IMG/VR virus record: IMGVR_UViG_3300030202_003256
Span: 1,388-65,387 of that record
Strand: one strand, 5' to 3'
Source: a virus
Taxonomy: Duplodnaviria; Caudoviricetes
Length of the DNA: 64,000 nt
Shown here: one piece after another, positions 48,675 through 57,205 of the stretch
Layout of the letters: every line of letters starts with the position of its first letter
How positions within the stretch are numbered: position 1 is the first letter of the stretch
Notes under the pieces: generated by a model
Database searches by the model: none
What the model was told of the DNA's origin: nothing
Seen by the model: the letters and a program-made list of their open reading frames with translations, nothing else
Position numbers and translations under genes: made by a program

Positions 48675-49196
48675 ATGAAATTTACAAAAAAAATATTGGT
48701 TGAGTCTTTAAAAAAGCAGTCTACTGGTGAAAAAACATTTACTGATGGGAAAAAACAAAATGTAATTATTAGTGAAGACCAGTTAGATAGAGTTTTAAAG
48801 GTTATTGAAGAACAATGGCAAGAAATAAAGTTAGATGAAACTGAAATGGAAGAAGGAGCAAAACCTGATTTTTTAGACCTTGATGGTGATGGGGATAAGA
48901 AAGAATCTATGAAAAAAGCATCTAAAGAAGCTAAAGCTAAAGAAGTTAAAGAAGATTCTGGTCATGCTGAAGCTATGAATTATGGTAGGGATGAAGGTCG
49001 TGACGATAAAGAACTTTATGATTTAAAACATGATGGTGGTAGTGAAGACCATATTGAAGATTTAGAAGACGATATGCATTTCGACCACATACATGATTCA
49101 AAAAACATAGAAGAGTCAGAAAAAGAAAAAGAAAAACTAATCCAAGAGGATATTGAAAAGATGAAACAAATCATCAAACCAATATCAAGGATATAG
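48675..49196 (+). CDS. Acidic protein with DxDxDG loop; possible internal head protein
   Basis: KPDFLDLDGDGDKKESMKKA. Confidence 0.65.
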   Translation: MKFTKKILVESLKKQSTGEKTFTDGKKQNVIISEDQLDRVLKVIEEQWQEIKLDETEMEEGAKPDFLDLDGDGDKKESMKKASKEAKAKEVKEDSGHAEAMNYGRDEGRDDKELYDLKHDGGSEDHIEDLEDDMHFDHIHDSKNIEESEKEKEKLIQEDIEKMKQIIKPISRI

Positions 49197-49200
49197 TAAC

Positions 49201-49773
49201 TTATTGTTTTTTAAACTTTAATTTAGAATAATATCTGTGGTTATAACCATGGATATTTTCATATGATTCCTGTATGGTAACCATAATAATTTCATCATTA
49301 TAATCTAAAATTTCATATAAAACCGGTCTACCCGAACCACCAAGTAATAAATAAGAACCAACCAAAGGTTCTGTGATTGTCATATTATTTGCTGTGGTAG
49401 ATAAACCATATGGTTGTAGAGTGTCGTTATTTAAAACAAAATCACCCATCCCTGGAATATTTAACGGTAAATGAAAACACCAGTTAGTGTAATTTTTAAT
49501 TAGTTCTTCGAACTCATACATACTACTTTCATACCTTAGACTACTACTATCACTATCACTAAAGTGGTTTATAACATTTAATTCGGTAGTTTCTAGGTTT
49601 TCTAAGTACATTTCACCATCCACCAATAACCAACACCCATCGATAAAATTATCTTCTACGTAATTACTTGGGTTTTGTGTAGTTGGGTATGTATTATCAC
49701 ACGGTATTACAAAGGTTTCTTTTTCACAAGAAACAAAAAATATAACTACCAGTAACTTTAATAAATTATTCAT
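49201..49773 (-). CDS. Lipoprotein, lipocalin-like
   Basis: MNNLLKLLVVIFFVS-C-EKE signal peptide II; IDGCWLL GxW motif. Confidence 0.75.
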   Translation of the reverse strand: MNNLLKLLVVIFFVSCEKETFVIPCDNTYPTTQNPSNYVEDNFIDGCWLLVDGEMYLENLETTELNVINHFSDSDSSSLRYESSMYEFEELIKNYTNWCFHLPLNIPGMGDFVLNNDTLQPYGLSTTANNMTITEPLVGSYLLLGGSGRPVLYEILDYNDEIIMVTIQESYENIHGYNHRYYSKLKFKKQ

Positions 49774-49777
49774 AGTA

Positions 49778-49808
49778 CAAAGATAATTAAAATAAGTGAA
49801 TAAACAAA
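49778..49808 (-). promoter_or_regulatory. Consensus Bacteroidota housekeeping promoter
   Basis: TTTG-N19-TATCTTTG, 4 nt before ATG 49773. Confidence 0.75.
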
Positions 49809-49817
49809 ATTAATTTG

Positions 49818-49825
49818 TATTTATT
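49818..49825 (+). promoter_or_regulatory. Putative late promoter TATTTATT
   Basis: 4 nt before ATG 49830. Confidence 0.5.
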
Positions 49826-49829
49826 ATAT

Positions 49830-50693
49830 ATGAGTAGAGATATTATAATAACCAACAAACAGTTAGAAGTTTTTAAATCTTTAATAAAAGAAGATGAGTT
49901 ACCACAAAAAAATGTGAGAGCTTATTCTTTTGATTGGGATGACAATATTATGAATATGCCAACCAAGATTAAATTGTTAGAGAGAACACCTGATGGGTGG
50001 AAAAATATTGAGGTTAGTACTGAAGAGTTTGCAAAAATAAGAAACAACACAAATTTTAAATTAACTGATGATTCATTTAATGGTTTTATAGACGATGATA
50101 CATTTATGGTGGATTTAAAAACTGCTTTGGATACGAAGTCTTTCGCTCCGTCATTTGAAAAATTTAAAGAAGCTTTATTATACGCTAACCCAATATCAAT
50201 AATTACAGCTAGAGGACATAAACCAGAGACTCTTAGAAAAGGAATGGATTTGGTAATTTCCTACATTTTAAATGAAGACGAATTAAACACTATGATAGAT
50301 AATATCCAACAAGAATATCCAGAATTAGATGGTGAAAACATTGAGACTACTTTGAGTACTTATTTAGATTCACAAGACTATCACCCAGTAACGTCAAACA
50401 TATTCGCTGAAAAGTTTGGATTGGATAACGAAAGTGCTTTGAATCCAGAAGAAAATAAAAAAATAGCATTAAGAGATTACGTAACTAAAATAGTACAGAA
50501 AACTAAAGAAATGGTTGGTACAGAATATAATAAATTATCTATTGGGTTTAGTGATGATGATTTAGGTAACATAAATGCTATTACAGATTTTATAAAAGAA
50601 GTATTACAACTAGAATTTCCACAAGTAGATTTTGTAGTTTATGATACGTCGGAAGGTGAGATTAATAAAATAATAGTAAAACAACTAAATTAA
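49830..50693 (+). CDS. HAD-superfamily phosphatase-like protein
   Basis: FDWDDNI (motif I), ITARGH (II), K (III), GFSDDD (IV). Confidence 0.7.
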   Translation: MSRDIIITNKQLEVFKSLIKEDELPQKNVRAYSFDWDDNIMNMPTKIKLLERTPDGWKNIEVSTEEFAKIRNNTNFKLTDDSFNGFIDDDTFMVDLKTALDTKSFAPSFEKFKEALLYANPISIITARGHKPETLRKGMDLVISYILNEDELNTMIDNIQQEYPELDGENIETTLSTYLDSQDYHPVTSNIFAEKFGLDNESALNPEENKKIALRDYVTKIVQKTKEMVGTEYNKLSIGFSDDDLGNINAITDFIKEVLQLEFPQVDFVVYDTSEGEINKIIVKQLN

Positions 50694-50715
50694 AACATTT
50701 TTTTCATTACCCGTA

Positions 50716-50723
50716 TATTTATA
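50716..50723 (+). promoter_or_regulatory. Putative late promoter TATTTATA
   Basis: 37 nt before tube ATG. Confidence 0.6.
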
Positions 50724-50760
50724 GATATAATAAAAAACTAAAATTAAAAATTAAAAAGAT

Positions 50761-51249
50761 ATGGCTGACTTATTAATGAAAATGCCTATACCTTATGAAC
50801 CAAAGAAAAAGAATAGGTTTATCTTAAGATTCGATTCATCTTTGGGAATTAATGAATGGTATGTAGAAAGTACATCTAGACCACAAGTAACAATTAATTC
50901 TGTGGAAGTGCCGTTCCTTAATACATCTACTTATGTAGCTGGTAGATTTACATGGAACACAATAAATGTTACATTTAGAGACCCAATTGGACCATCTGCT
51001 GCACAAGCATTAATGGAGTGGGTTAGACTACATGCAGAGTCGGTTACAGGAAGAATGGGTTACGCTGCGGGGTACAAGAAAAACATAGACTTAGAATTAC
51101 TAGACCCAACAGGTGTAGTAGTAGAGAAATGGATAATGCAAGGAACGTTCCTTACTGATGTTAATTTCGATAGTTTAGGTTATAGTGATGATGGTTTAGC
51201 TACAATATCAGCTACACTAAGACCGGACAGATGTATCTTAGTTTACTAA
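50761..51249 (+). CDS. gp19: Tail tube protein, T4 gp19-like
   Basis: EPKKKNRF, YVAGRFTWNTI, YKKNI.L.LLDPTG.VVEKW. Confidence 0.9.
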   Translation: MADLLMKMPIPYEPKKKNRFILRFDSSLGINEWYVESTSRPQVTINSVEVPFLNTSTYVAGRFTWNTINVTFRDPIGPSAAQALMEWVRLHAESVTGRMGYAAGYKKNIDLELLDPTGVVVEKWIMQGTFLTDVNFDSLGYSDDGLATISATLRPDRCILVY

Positions 51250-51268
51250 CAATAATTTAAATAAAATT

Positions 51269-51297
51269 AAAAAAGTCCTTTTTAGGGCTTTTTTTTT
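51269..51297 (+). terminator. Intrinsic terminator after tail tube
   Basis: aaagtcct-tttt-agggcttt plus T run. Confidence 0.8.
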
Positions 51298-51414
51298 GCT
51301 TAAAGACTTGACTTTATTATTTAAATTATTGAAGCTTTATATATATAATAATATAGCAGCAATATTTACTAATAAAATAAAAGCTATATAATTAAGCAAT
51401 ATAAAATATAATTT

Positions 51415-52176
51415 ATGCTAGAAGATAATTTAAGACCAGACACAGAAACTATGTTACCTTATGACATGGTTCCCCTACCTTCGGAAGGGATGTTCTACAA
51501 AAATAAGAAAAAAGCTGTAAAAGTAACCTACCTTAATGCTTCAGACGAAAATCTATTAGCGTCACAATCACTTCAGGGTACCGGTGAACTAGTTAACCAA
51601 CTAATAGCCAAGAAAATCTTAGATAAAGATATCCAAATTGCTGATATGCCAGAATGTGATAAACAAGCTATTTTAGTTTTTTTACGTAATACTGCTTTTG
51701 GTACAGATTATACTGTCCAATTAACTGACCCTAAAACAGGTGAAAAATTTGAGACAACCTTCGACCTATCAATTTTAAAAACCAAAGACGTTAAGGTTAA
51801 ACTAGACGACAAAAACGAATTCGAGTTCTATTTAGAAAAATCTAAGAAAAAAGTAAAACTAAAGTTTATAACCCCAACAGACCAAGAAGAGCTTAGAAAA
51901 ATTGACGAGACACATAAAAATGACCCAATCAATCCATTTATGACAAAACAACTAGAAAAAATGTTAGTAGAAATAGATGGAATGAGAGACAGAATGACTA
52001 TAGCACAGTTTATTCAAACTATGCCAATCAAAGATAGCCAAGATATTAGAAAAATAGTCAAAGATAATACCCCAGCATTGGATTTAAATGTTACCACAAC
52101 TACACCATCAGGAGAAGAAATGAAAGTATCAGTTTCATTGGGTGTTGAGTTTTTTCGTCCTTTCTACGGGCTATAG
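51415..52176 (+). CDS. Tail assembly chaperone / gp26-like baseplate hub assembly protein
   Basis: VPLPSEG.FY, DE..L, D..AILVFLR..FG, C-terminal FFRP; lies between tube and tape measure. Confidence 0.75.
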   Translation: MLEDNLRPDTETMLPYDMVPLPSEGMFYKNKKKAVKVTYLNASDENLLASQSLQGTGELVNQLIAKKILDKDIQIADMPECDKQAILVFLRNTAFGTDYTVQLTDPKTGEKFETTFDLSILKTKDVKVKLDDKNEFEFYLEKSKKKVKLKFITPTDQEELRKIDETHKNDPINPFMTKQLEKMLVEIDGMRDRMTIAQFIQTMPIKDSQDIRKIVKDNTPALDLNVTTTTPSGEEMKVSVSLGVEFFRPFYGL

Positions 52177-52351
52177 GAATGCCCTTTTGTCAGAGTTTTA
52201 CTTCTTAATGCGAAACCTACATATTCCCTACACTGACCTACTACAAATGCCTACATTCGAAAGAAGGTTCTACATTAATAAATTAATTGAAGAATTTGAA
52301 AAGAAAAATGAGGCTATTGAACAAGCAAAAAACAAAAGTAAAAACAGATAA
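52142..52351 (+). CDS. Overlapping +1-frame extension of the chaperone (or small gene from ATG 52208)
   Basis: Y.DLLQMP.FERRFYI; frame open from 52124 and overlaps the upstream gene. Confidence 0.65.
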   Translation: MLSFFVLSTGYRNALLSEFYFLMRNLHIPYTDLLQMPTFERRFYINKLIEEFEKKNEAIEQAKNKSKNR

Positions 52352-52356
52352 TTAAC

Positions 52357-52364
52357 TATTTATA
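52357..52364 (+). promoter_or_regulatory. Putative late promoter TATTTATA
   Basis: 18 nt before ATG 52383. Confidence 0.6.
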
Positions 52365-52382
52365 TAGAAATAGTTTAATATT

Positions 52383-54287
52383 ATGCCAAACGTAGGTGAT
52401 GAAAGAGTAAGTGGTGGAGTAAACCAAATATATACCAATGATGGTGTGTGGAAAAATGTGGGGTACTCACCCCCCAACAACACTGGACCTTCAGCGACAG
52501 GTTTTGGTAAAATACCAGAAGAACTGGCACAAAGCAGAACACCAAAAGACGCACTTAGTTTTTCAGACCTAGAAAAATTCCAAACAGCAATTACATCCAT
52601 AGGGTCAAGTACCACCGCTATACAAGATAACATGGGTGTTATATTGGATATGTTAGCTTTAGAAGATACTTTAAGGGTAGACATCTCTAAAAGTATTGGA
52701 ATGTCTAACGAACAGTTATTTGACACCATTAATGAGTTAAATGAAGCTGGTGAATCCGCTTCAAGATTTGCATTAACAGTAAATGATTTATTTAATGTAT
52801 TTAAAGAAATAACTTTAGAAGTTGGTAGGAAATTACGAATATCACCAGAAGTAACAGAAAGAGCAGCTTTACTAACCAAAACACTAGAAGGCTTTGACGC
52901 TTCAGATTTCGCTAAAGGATTTGATGATATAGGATTTAGTCTGGACACTGCAATGGGTAGTGTAGACGACACTAATAACGCCATGAGTGAAATTATCCAA
53001 ACAGGACAACAATTTGGTGTTGTTATGGAAAAATTCTTAGGAAATGTAACGGGTCAACTTAAGTTAGTTAATACCTATGGGTTTGAACGTGGTGTTGAAG
53101 GTTTAGCTAGAATGGTAGCTAGAGGTCAGGCACTAGGATTAGAAATGAGTACAGTTACTTCATTAGCTGATAATTTCTTTGACCCAGAAGGGGCAATTGA
53201 TTTCGCAGCAAAAATGCAAGTAATTGGTGGAGCTGTAGGTGATTTACAAGACCCATTTAAATTAATGTATATGGCTACTAATGACCTAGAAGGTTTACAA
53301 GAAGCTATAATAGACACTGCCGCCGCCGCGGTAACTTTTGATGAAGACAAAGGTAAATTTGTAATATCACCCGAACAAAGACGACAGTTAAAAGATATGG
53401 CGGAAGCTATGGGAATGTCATACCAAGACTTAGCTGATACCGCTGTTAAGTCAGCAAGAAGAGCAGAGGCATTTTCTGAAATGAAATTTTTAGATAATGT
53501 AACAGAAGAAGATAAAGAACTTATAGCTGGTATGGCTCAGATGGGTGATGGTGGTGAAATGCAAGTTAAAATACCTAGTTTAGACAAAATGGTGGATATA
53601 GACTCATTAACTGCTGAACAAATAGAAGAATTAAAAGTAGAGGGTATGTCAGATAGTGATATCTACGCACAACAACTTACAGTCGCAGAAAAAGCAAATC
53701 AATATCTAGCTACTATTGATACAGGTATAAGAAAAATGGTTAGAGCGGGTGGTGGTGATACCGAAGGAATGGTGATGGCTAGTTTATCACAACAAATTGG
53801 TGATAGTATGGAATTACTAACTACAGAACAATTAAATTTAATAGGGAAGGGTGATATGAAAGGATTCCTACAAAACTTTAAAGATAAACCACCTACAGGT
53901 ATATCAGCTGACAATAGTAAAGCTATATTAGATGGTTTACAAAATATGGGATTAATTACACCAGAACAAAACCCAGAAGTAGTTGAAGATTTTATCCTAA
54001 GACCAGGGCAGACCCCAGTAAAATTTAATGAAGGTGACCTTATATTAGGTGGTACAAATTTAGATGGTGGACAAGGAGACATAACTAACAGAATTAATAA
54101 TGTTAATAATAATGTTAGTACTAACACTGTAGGACAAAGACAAACAGGACCAATAGAACTTACTGGTACCCTAACGGTTAAAGGGGAAGGTGAAAATGCA
54201 ACAGTAAACGTTAAAAGATTATTAGCACAGCTAAGCTCGGGAGATTTACAAAATCTAAGTATGATGTTATCCAACGCGACAGCATAA
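52383..54287 (+). CDS. Tape-measure-like protein
   Basis: Helical A/G/M/Q-rich protein after the chaperone; C-terminal DFILRPG..GGT.L. Confidence 0.7.
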   Translation: MPNVGDERVSGGVNQIYTNDGVWKNVGYSPPNNTGPSATGFGKIPEELAQSRTPKDALSFSDLEKFQTAITSIGSSTTAIQDNMGVILDMLALEDTLRVDISKSIGMSNEQLFDTINELNEAGESASRFALTVNDLFNVFKEITLEVGRKLRISPEVTERAALLTKTLEGFDASDFAKGFDDIGFSLDTAMGSVDDTNNAMSEIIQTGQQFGVVMEKFLGNVTGQLKLVNTYGFERGVEGLARMVARGQALGLEMSTVTSLADNFFDPEGAIDFAAKMQVIGGAVGDLQDPFKLMYMATNDLEGLQEAIIDTAAAAVTFDEDKGKFVISPEQRRQLKDMAEAMGMSYQDLADTAVKSARRAEAFSEMKFLDNVTEEDKELIAGMAQMGDGGEMQVKIPSLDKMVDIDSLTAEQIEELKVEGMSDSDIYAQQLTVAEKANQYLATIDTGIRKMVRAGGGDTEGMVMASLSQQIGDSMELLTTEQLNLIGKGDMKGFLQNFKDKPPTGISADNSKAILDGLQNMGLITPEQNPEVVEDFILRPGQTPVKFNEGDLILGGTNLDGGQGDITNRINNVNNNVSTNTVGQRQTGPIELTGTLTVKGEGENATVNVKRLLAQLSSGDLQNLSMMLSNATA

Positions 54288-54302
54288 AAAGAATTAGGAT
54301 TC

Positions 54303-54310
54303 TATTTATT
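54303..54310 (+). promoter_or_regulatory. Putative late promoter TATTTATT
   Basis: 11 nt before ATG 54322. Confidence 0.55.
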
Positions 54311-54321
54311 AAAAAAGAAAA

Positions 54322-57195
54322 ATGGCAACACCAAACAACTCCAGTTCACAAAATCCTTACGGATTAGGCGATTATAAAATATCTATCGCTAGTACAGAAA
54401 TTTTAAGAAAGTTTTTGTTGGGGAAAAATTTGCAAAGTTCTTATTTAGCTGACTCTAATCCTATTACCGCATCTTTTGGTATACAAGAACCAGGAAGTAC
54501 TAATTACAACTCACTTTCAGATAATTTTATTAAGGACCAAGAAACGGTACAAGAAAAAGGTGTTACACTACAAACAAATTTATTTTTAGATAATAAATAT
54601 GGTCCTATGGGTGGGTATAAAGATGTTAGATTAATTGATGTTGACAAAGTATTACCCCGTACAGGACAAGGATATGTAGCACCCAACACGGTAACACCAC
54701 AATCATTTGTGTCCTCAAGTTACACACCCAAAGAAATATTAGAAACAGTTAATATAACTAATGGATTAACTAATACATTAAACAATAAAATACTTAACGA
54801 TAGTAAATTAACAGAGGTTTCAGCTGGATACTTAAGAGAAAATTTAGGTTACATACAATCACAGTATGATTTTGATATTAGTGTTGATGGAGCGGCATCA
54901 TCTAATATTAGTAGAACACCAGGAGATAAGATACTAGAAGGTACAGATTTTATATCTAGAATAACTAATCTATATTATGGATACTCTACTATACCAGGAA
55001 ACTATTTCCAAAACACCTTTATACCAGACATTAATGAACTAAAATTAAATCAAATTAATTATGTTGGTGGGTTAGCTCCTAATATAACAGCAACAGCTAA
55101 CGCACTACAAAATTCTATTTTTTCTAGTGGACTAGGAATACCAACTAGTCCAGCAACAATGCCTATACCTAGTGACACATTCATCCAATATATGGGTGAA
55201 GAACAACAATCAGCACTATTCCAATCACTAAAATATAATATTTACCGTCCTGATTATAGTAAAGTTCCGGTTTCAAGTGGTGTGGATAAAGCTGTACCAT
55301 TTTACTATGTTGGTTCTAAAGAATCAGAACCGGGTAAAATACAAAGTCCTTTAGATGCTGTACCACAAGACGAGTTTGGTAGAAGTACGGGTGCTATTGT
55401 ATACGGACCGTCAACTTTAGCGAAAGAACTTGAAACAGTAAATGGTAGAGCATTATGGTTATTCCAAACGTTTGGTTTATTAGGTAAAACTTATATGGAT
55501 GGTGGAGGACTTTCTGCTGGGTGGACATGGTTTGGTAACAAATCTTTTGCTTCACTAAATGCACCACCACAAATGTTAACAACTAAATCATCAGAAAAAC
55601 CTAAAAGAAAAGGTGGTTTATTAGATGAGACACAAAAACTTATAGACTCAGCACCACTTATGGGTGGAGCTCGTAGACAACACGCTGGTCATGCTATAGA
55701 CCAAACATCTAAAATTTTTAATGATGGTTATAAACAAATTTCTAAAGGTTCAGGTGCAAGATTTGTAGATGAAGGTGTGTTTGGTTCACTACAAACCAGA
55801 GAATTTTGTCGTACTTGGACTAAAGATAATCCATATTATAAATTTAATAATATGGTTAGATTTGACGGTAACCAACTAGGAAAAGAAAATTCAATACTAG
55901 ATAATACATTTAATTTAAACATAGCACCTAATATGGGTGTTAATGTAGATAGTGAAGCTAAAGAAAAGAATGTAAAAAAATATATGTTTTCTCTTGAAAA
56001 TTTAGCTTGGAGGGGTAGTGAAGAATTACTAAGTTTACCCAAAGCCGAAAAAGGTCCAAATGGGGGTAGGATTATGTGGTTCCCACCTTACGATTTACAA
56101 ATAGGTGACACCAACTCAGCTCAATGGAATTCTATAAATTTCTTAGGTAGACCTGAACCAGTTTATGCTTATAATTACACAGAAAGAATTGGTACCTTAT
56201 CGTTTAAGGTTGTGGTTGACCACCCATCTATATTAAATGTGATAGCACAAAAAGAGTTAGTAAAAACACCAGATAGTATAGCTGACGCTGCTTTAGAATC
56301 TTTCTTTGCTGGTTGTAAAAAATATGATGTTTATGAACTAGCTGAACGATACGAATTCTTAACACCAGATGAAATAAATGAAGTTATAAATAGTAATGAG
56401 AGTAACCCACCACCAGCAAACACAGACCCTGGTCCCGACACAGCAGTAGAATCCAACGAAGACAACTCAAGTGACCCACAAACATTCTGGGGTACTTGGA
56501 CAGAAACTGTAGCAGAAGCAGGTGGAGGCATATCAGAAGAATTTAAAAATACACTTAACAATAACACGGTTAACCAAGAAGAAAATCAAGCTAAATTAAA
56601 AACTAAAATTTTAAGTAAGTTATTAGGTGAACAAAACTACTTTAAACACCTAGAAACTACTGACGAATTTTTATATAGTTCTTTAAAAAGAAAATTACAA
56701 TATTTTCACCCATCATTTCATTCCACAACACCAGAAGGGTTAAACAGTAGATTATCTTTTCTTTTACAATGTACAAGACCAGGTAAAACGATACCAACAC
56801 AAACAGAAGAAGGTGTAGCTGACTTAGATGCTGAAAATACAGCTTTTGGTCCACCACCAATATGTGTACTACGAATTGGAGATTTTTATCATACAAAAAT
56901 AGCTATTGACTCAGTAAGTTTTAGTTATGACCCTTTAATATATGATTTAAACCCTGAAGGTATTGGTGTACAACCTATGATAGCAAACGTGTCAATAAAC
57001 TTCAAGTATATAGGTGGTCAAGGATTAAAAGGTCCAGTATCACAATTACAAAATGCATTATCGAATAATTATTTTGCAAACACTGAAATGTATAACCCTA
57101 ACAGTTTAGTTAATAGTGGTGAAGAAGAAGAATTTAATAGTTTTGATTGGATTACTGATAAAGCAACTGATAAAATAAATGATTGGTTTTCTTAA
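54322..57195 (+). CDS. Baseplate/tail-tube-initiator-like structural protein
   Basis: W....FLGRPEPVY.Y..TER and PP.CVLRIGD..V.FSY tube-fold motifs. Confidence 0.6.
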   Translation: MATPNNSSSQNPYGLGDYKISIASTEILRKFLLGKNLQSSYLADSNPITASFGIQEPGSTNYNSLSDNFIKDQETVQEKGVTLQTNLFLDNKYGPMGGYKDVRLIDVDKVLPRTGQGYVAPNTVTPQSFVSSSYTPKEILETVNITNGLTNTLNNKILNDSKLTEVSAGYLRENLGYIQSQYDFDISVDGAASSNISRTPGDKILEGTDFISRITNLYYGYSTIPGNYFQNTFIPDINELKLNQINYVGGLAPNITATANALQNSIFSSGLGIPTSPATMPIPSDTFIQYMGEEQQSALFQSLKYNIYRPDYSKVPVSSGVDKAVPFYYVGSKESEPGKIQSPLDAVPQDEFGRSTGAIVYGPSTLAKELETVNGRALWLFQTFGLLGKTYMDGGGLSAGWTWFGNKSFASLNAPPQMLTTKSSEKPKRKGGLLDETQKLIDSAPLMGGARRQHAGHAIDQTSKIFNDGYKQISKGSGARFVDEGVFGSLQTREFCRTWTKDNPYYKFNNMVRFDGNQLGKENSILDNTFNLNIAPNMGVNVDSEAKEKNVKKYMFSLENLAWRGSEELLSLPKAEKGPNGGRIMWFPPYDLQIGDTNSAQWNSINFLGRPEPVYAYNYTERIGTLSFKVVVDHPSILNVIAQKELVKTPDSIADAALESFFAGCKKYDVYELAERYEFLTPDEINEVINSNESNPPPANTDPGPDTAVESNEDNSSDPQTFWGTWTETVAEAGGGISEEFKNTLNNNTVNQEENQAKLKTKILSKLLGEQNYFKHLETTDEFLYSSLKRKLQYFHPSFHSTTPEGLNSRLSFLLQCTRPGKTIPTQTEEGVADLDAENTAFGPPPICVLRIGDFYHTKIAIDSVSFSYDPLIYDLNPEGIGVQPMIANVSINFKYIGGQGLKGPVSQLQNALSNNYFANTEMYNPNSLVNSGEEEEFNSFDWITDKATDKINDWFS

Positions 57196-57205
57196 AAAAT
57201 AATTT

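Noticed and set aside
51308-51336. TTGACT as a sigma70 -35 element
   Set aside because: No -10 hexamer at 17-nt spacing
52352-54274. Long antisense ORFs (52352-52984, 53699-54274; likewise 14270-14764, 36359-36796, 60541-61032 and similar)
   Set aside because: Shadows of real genes on the opposite strand, with non-ATG starts and S/L/F/I-biased composition
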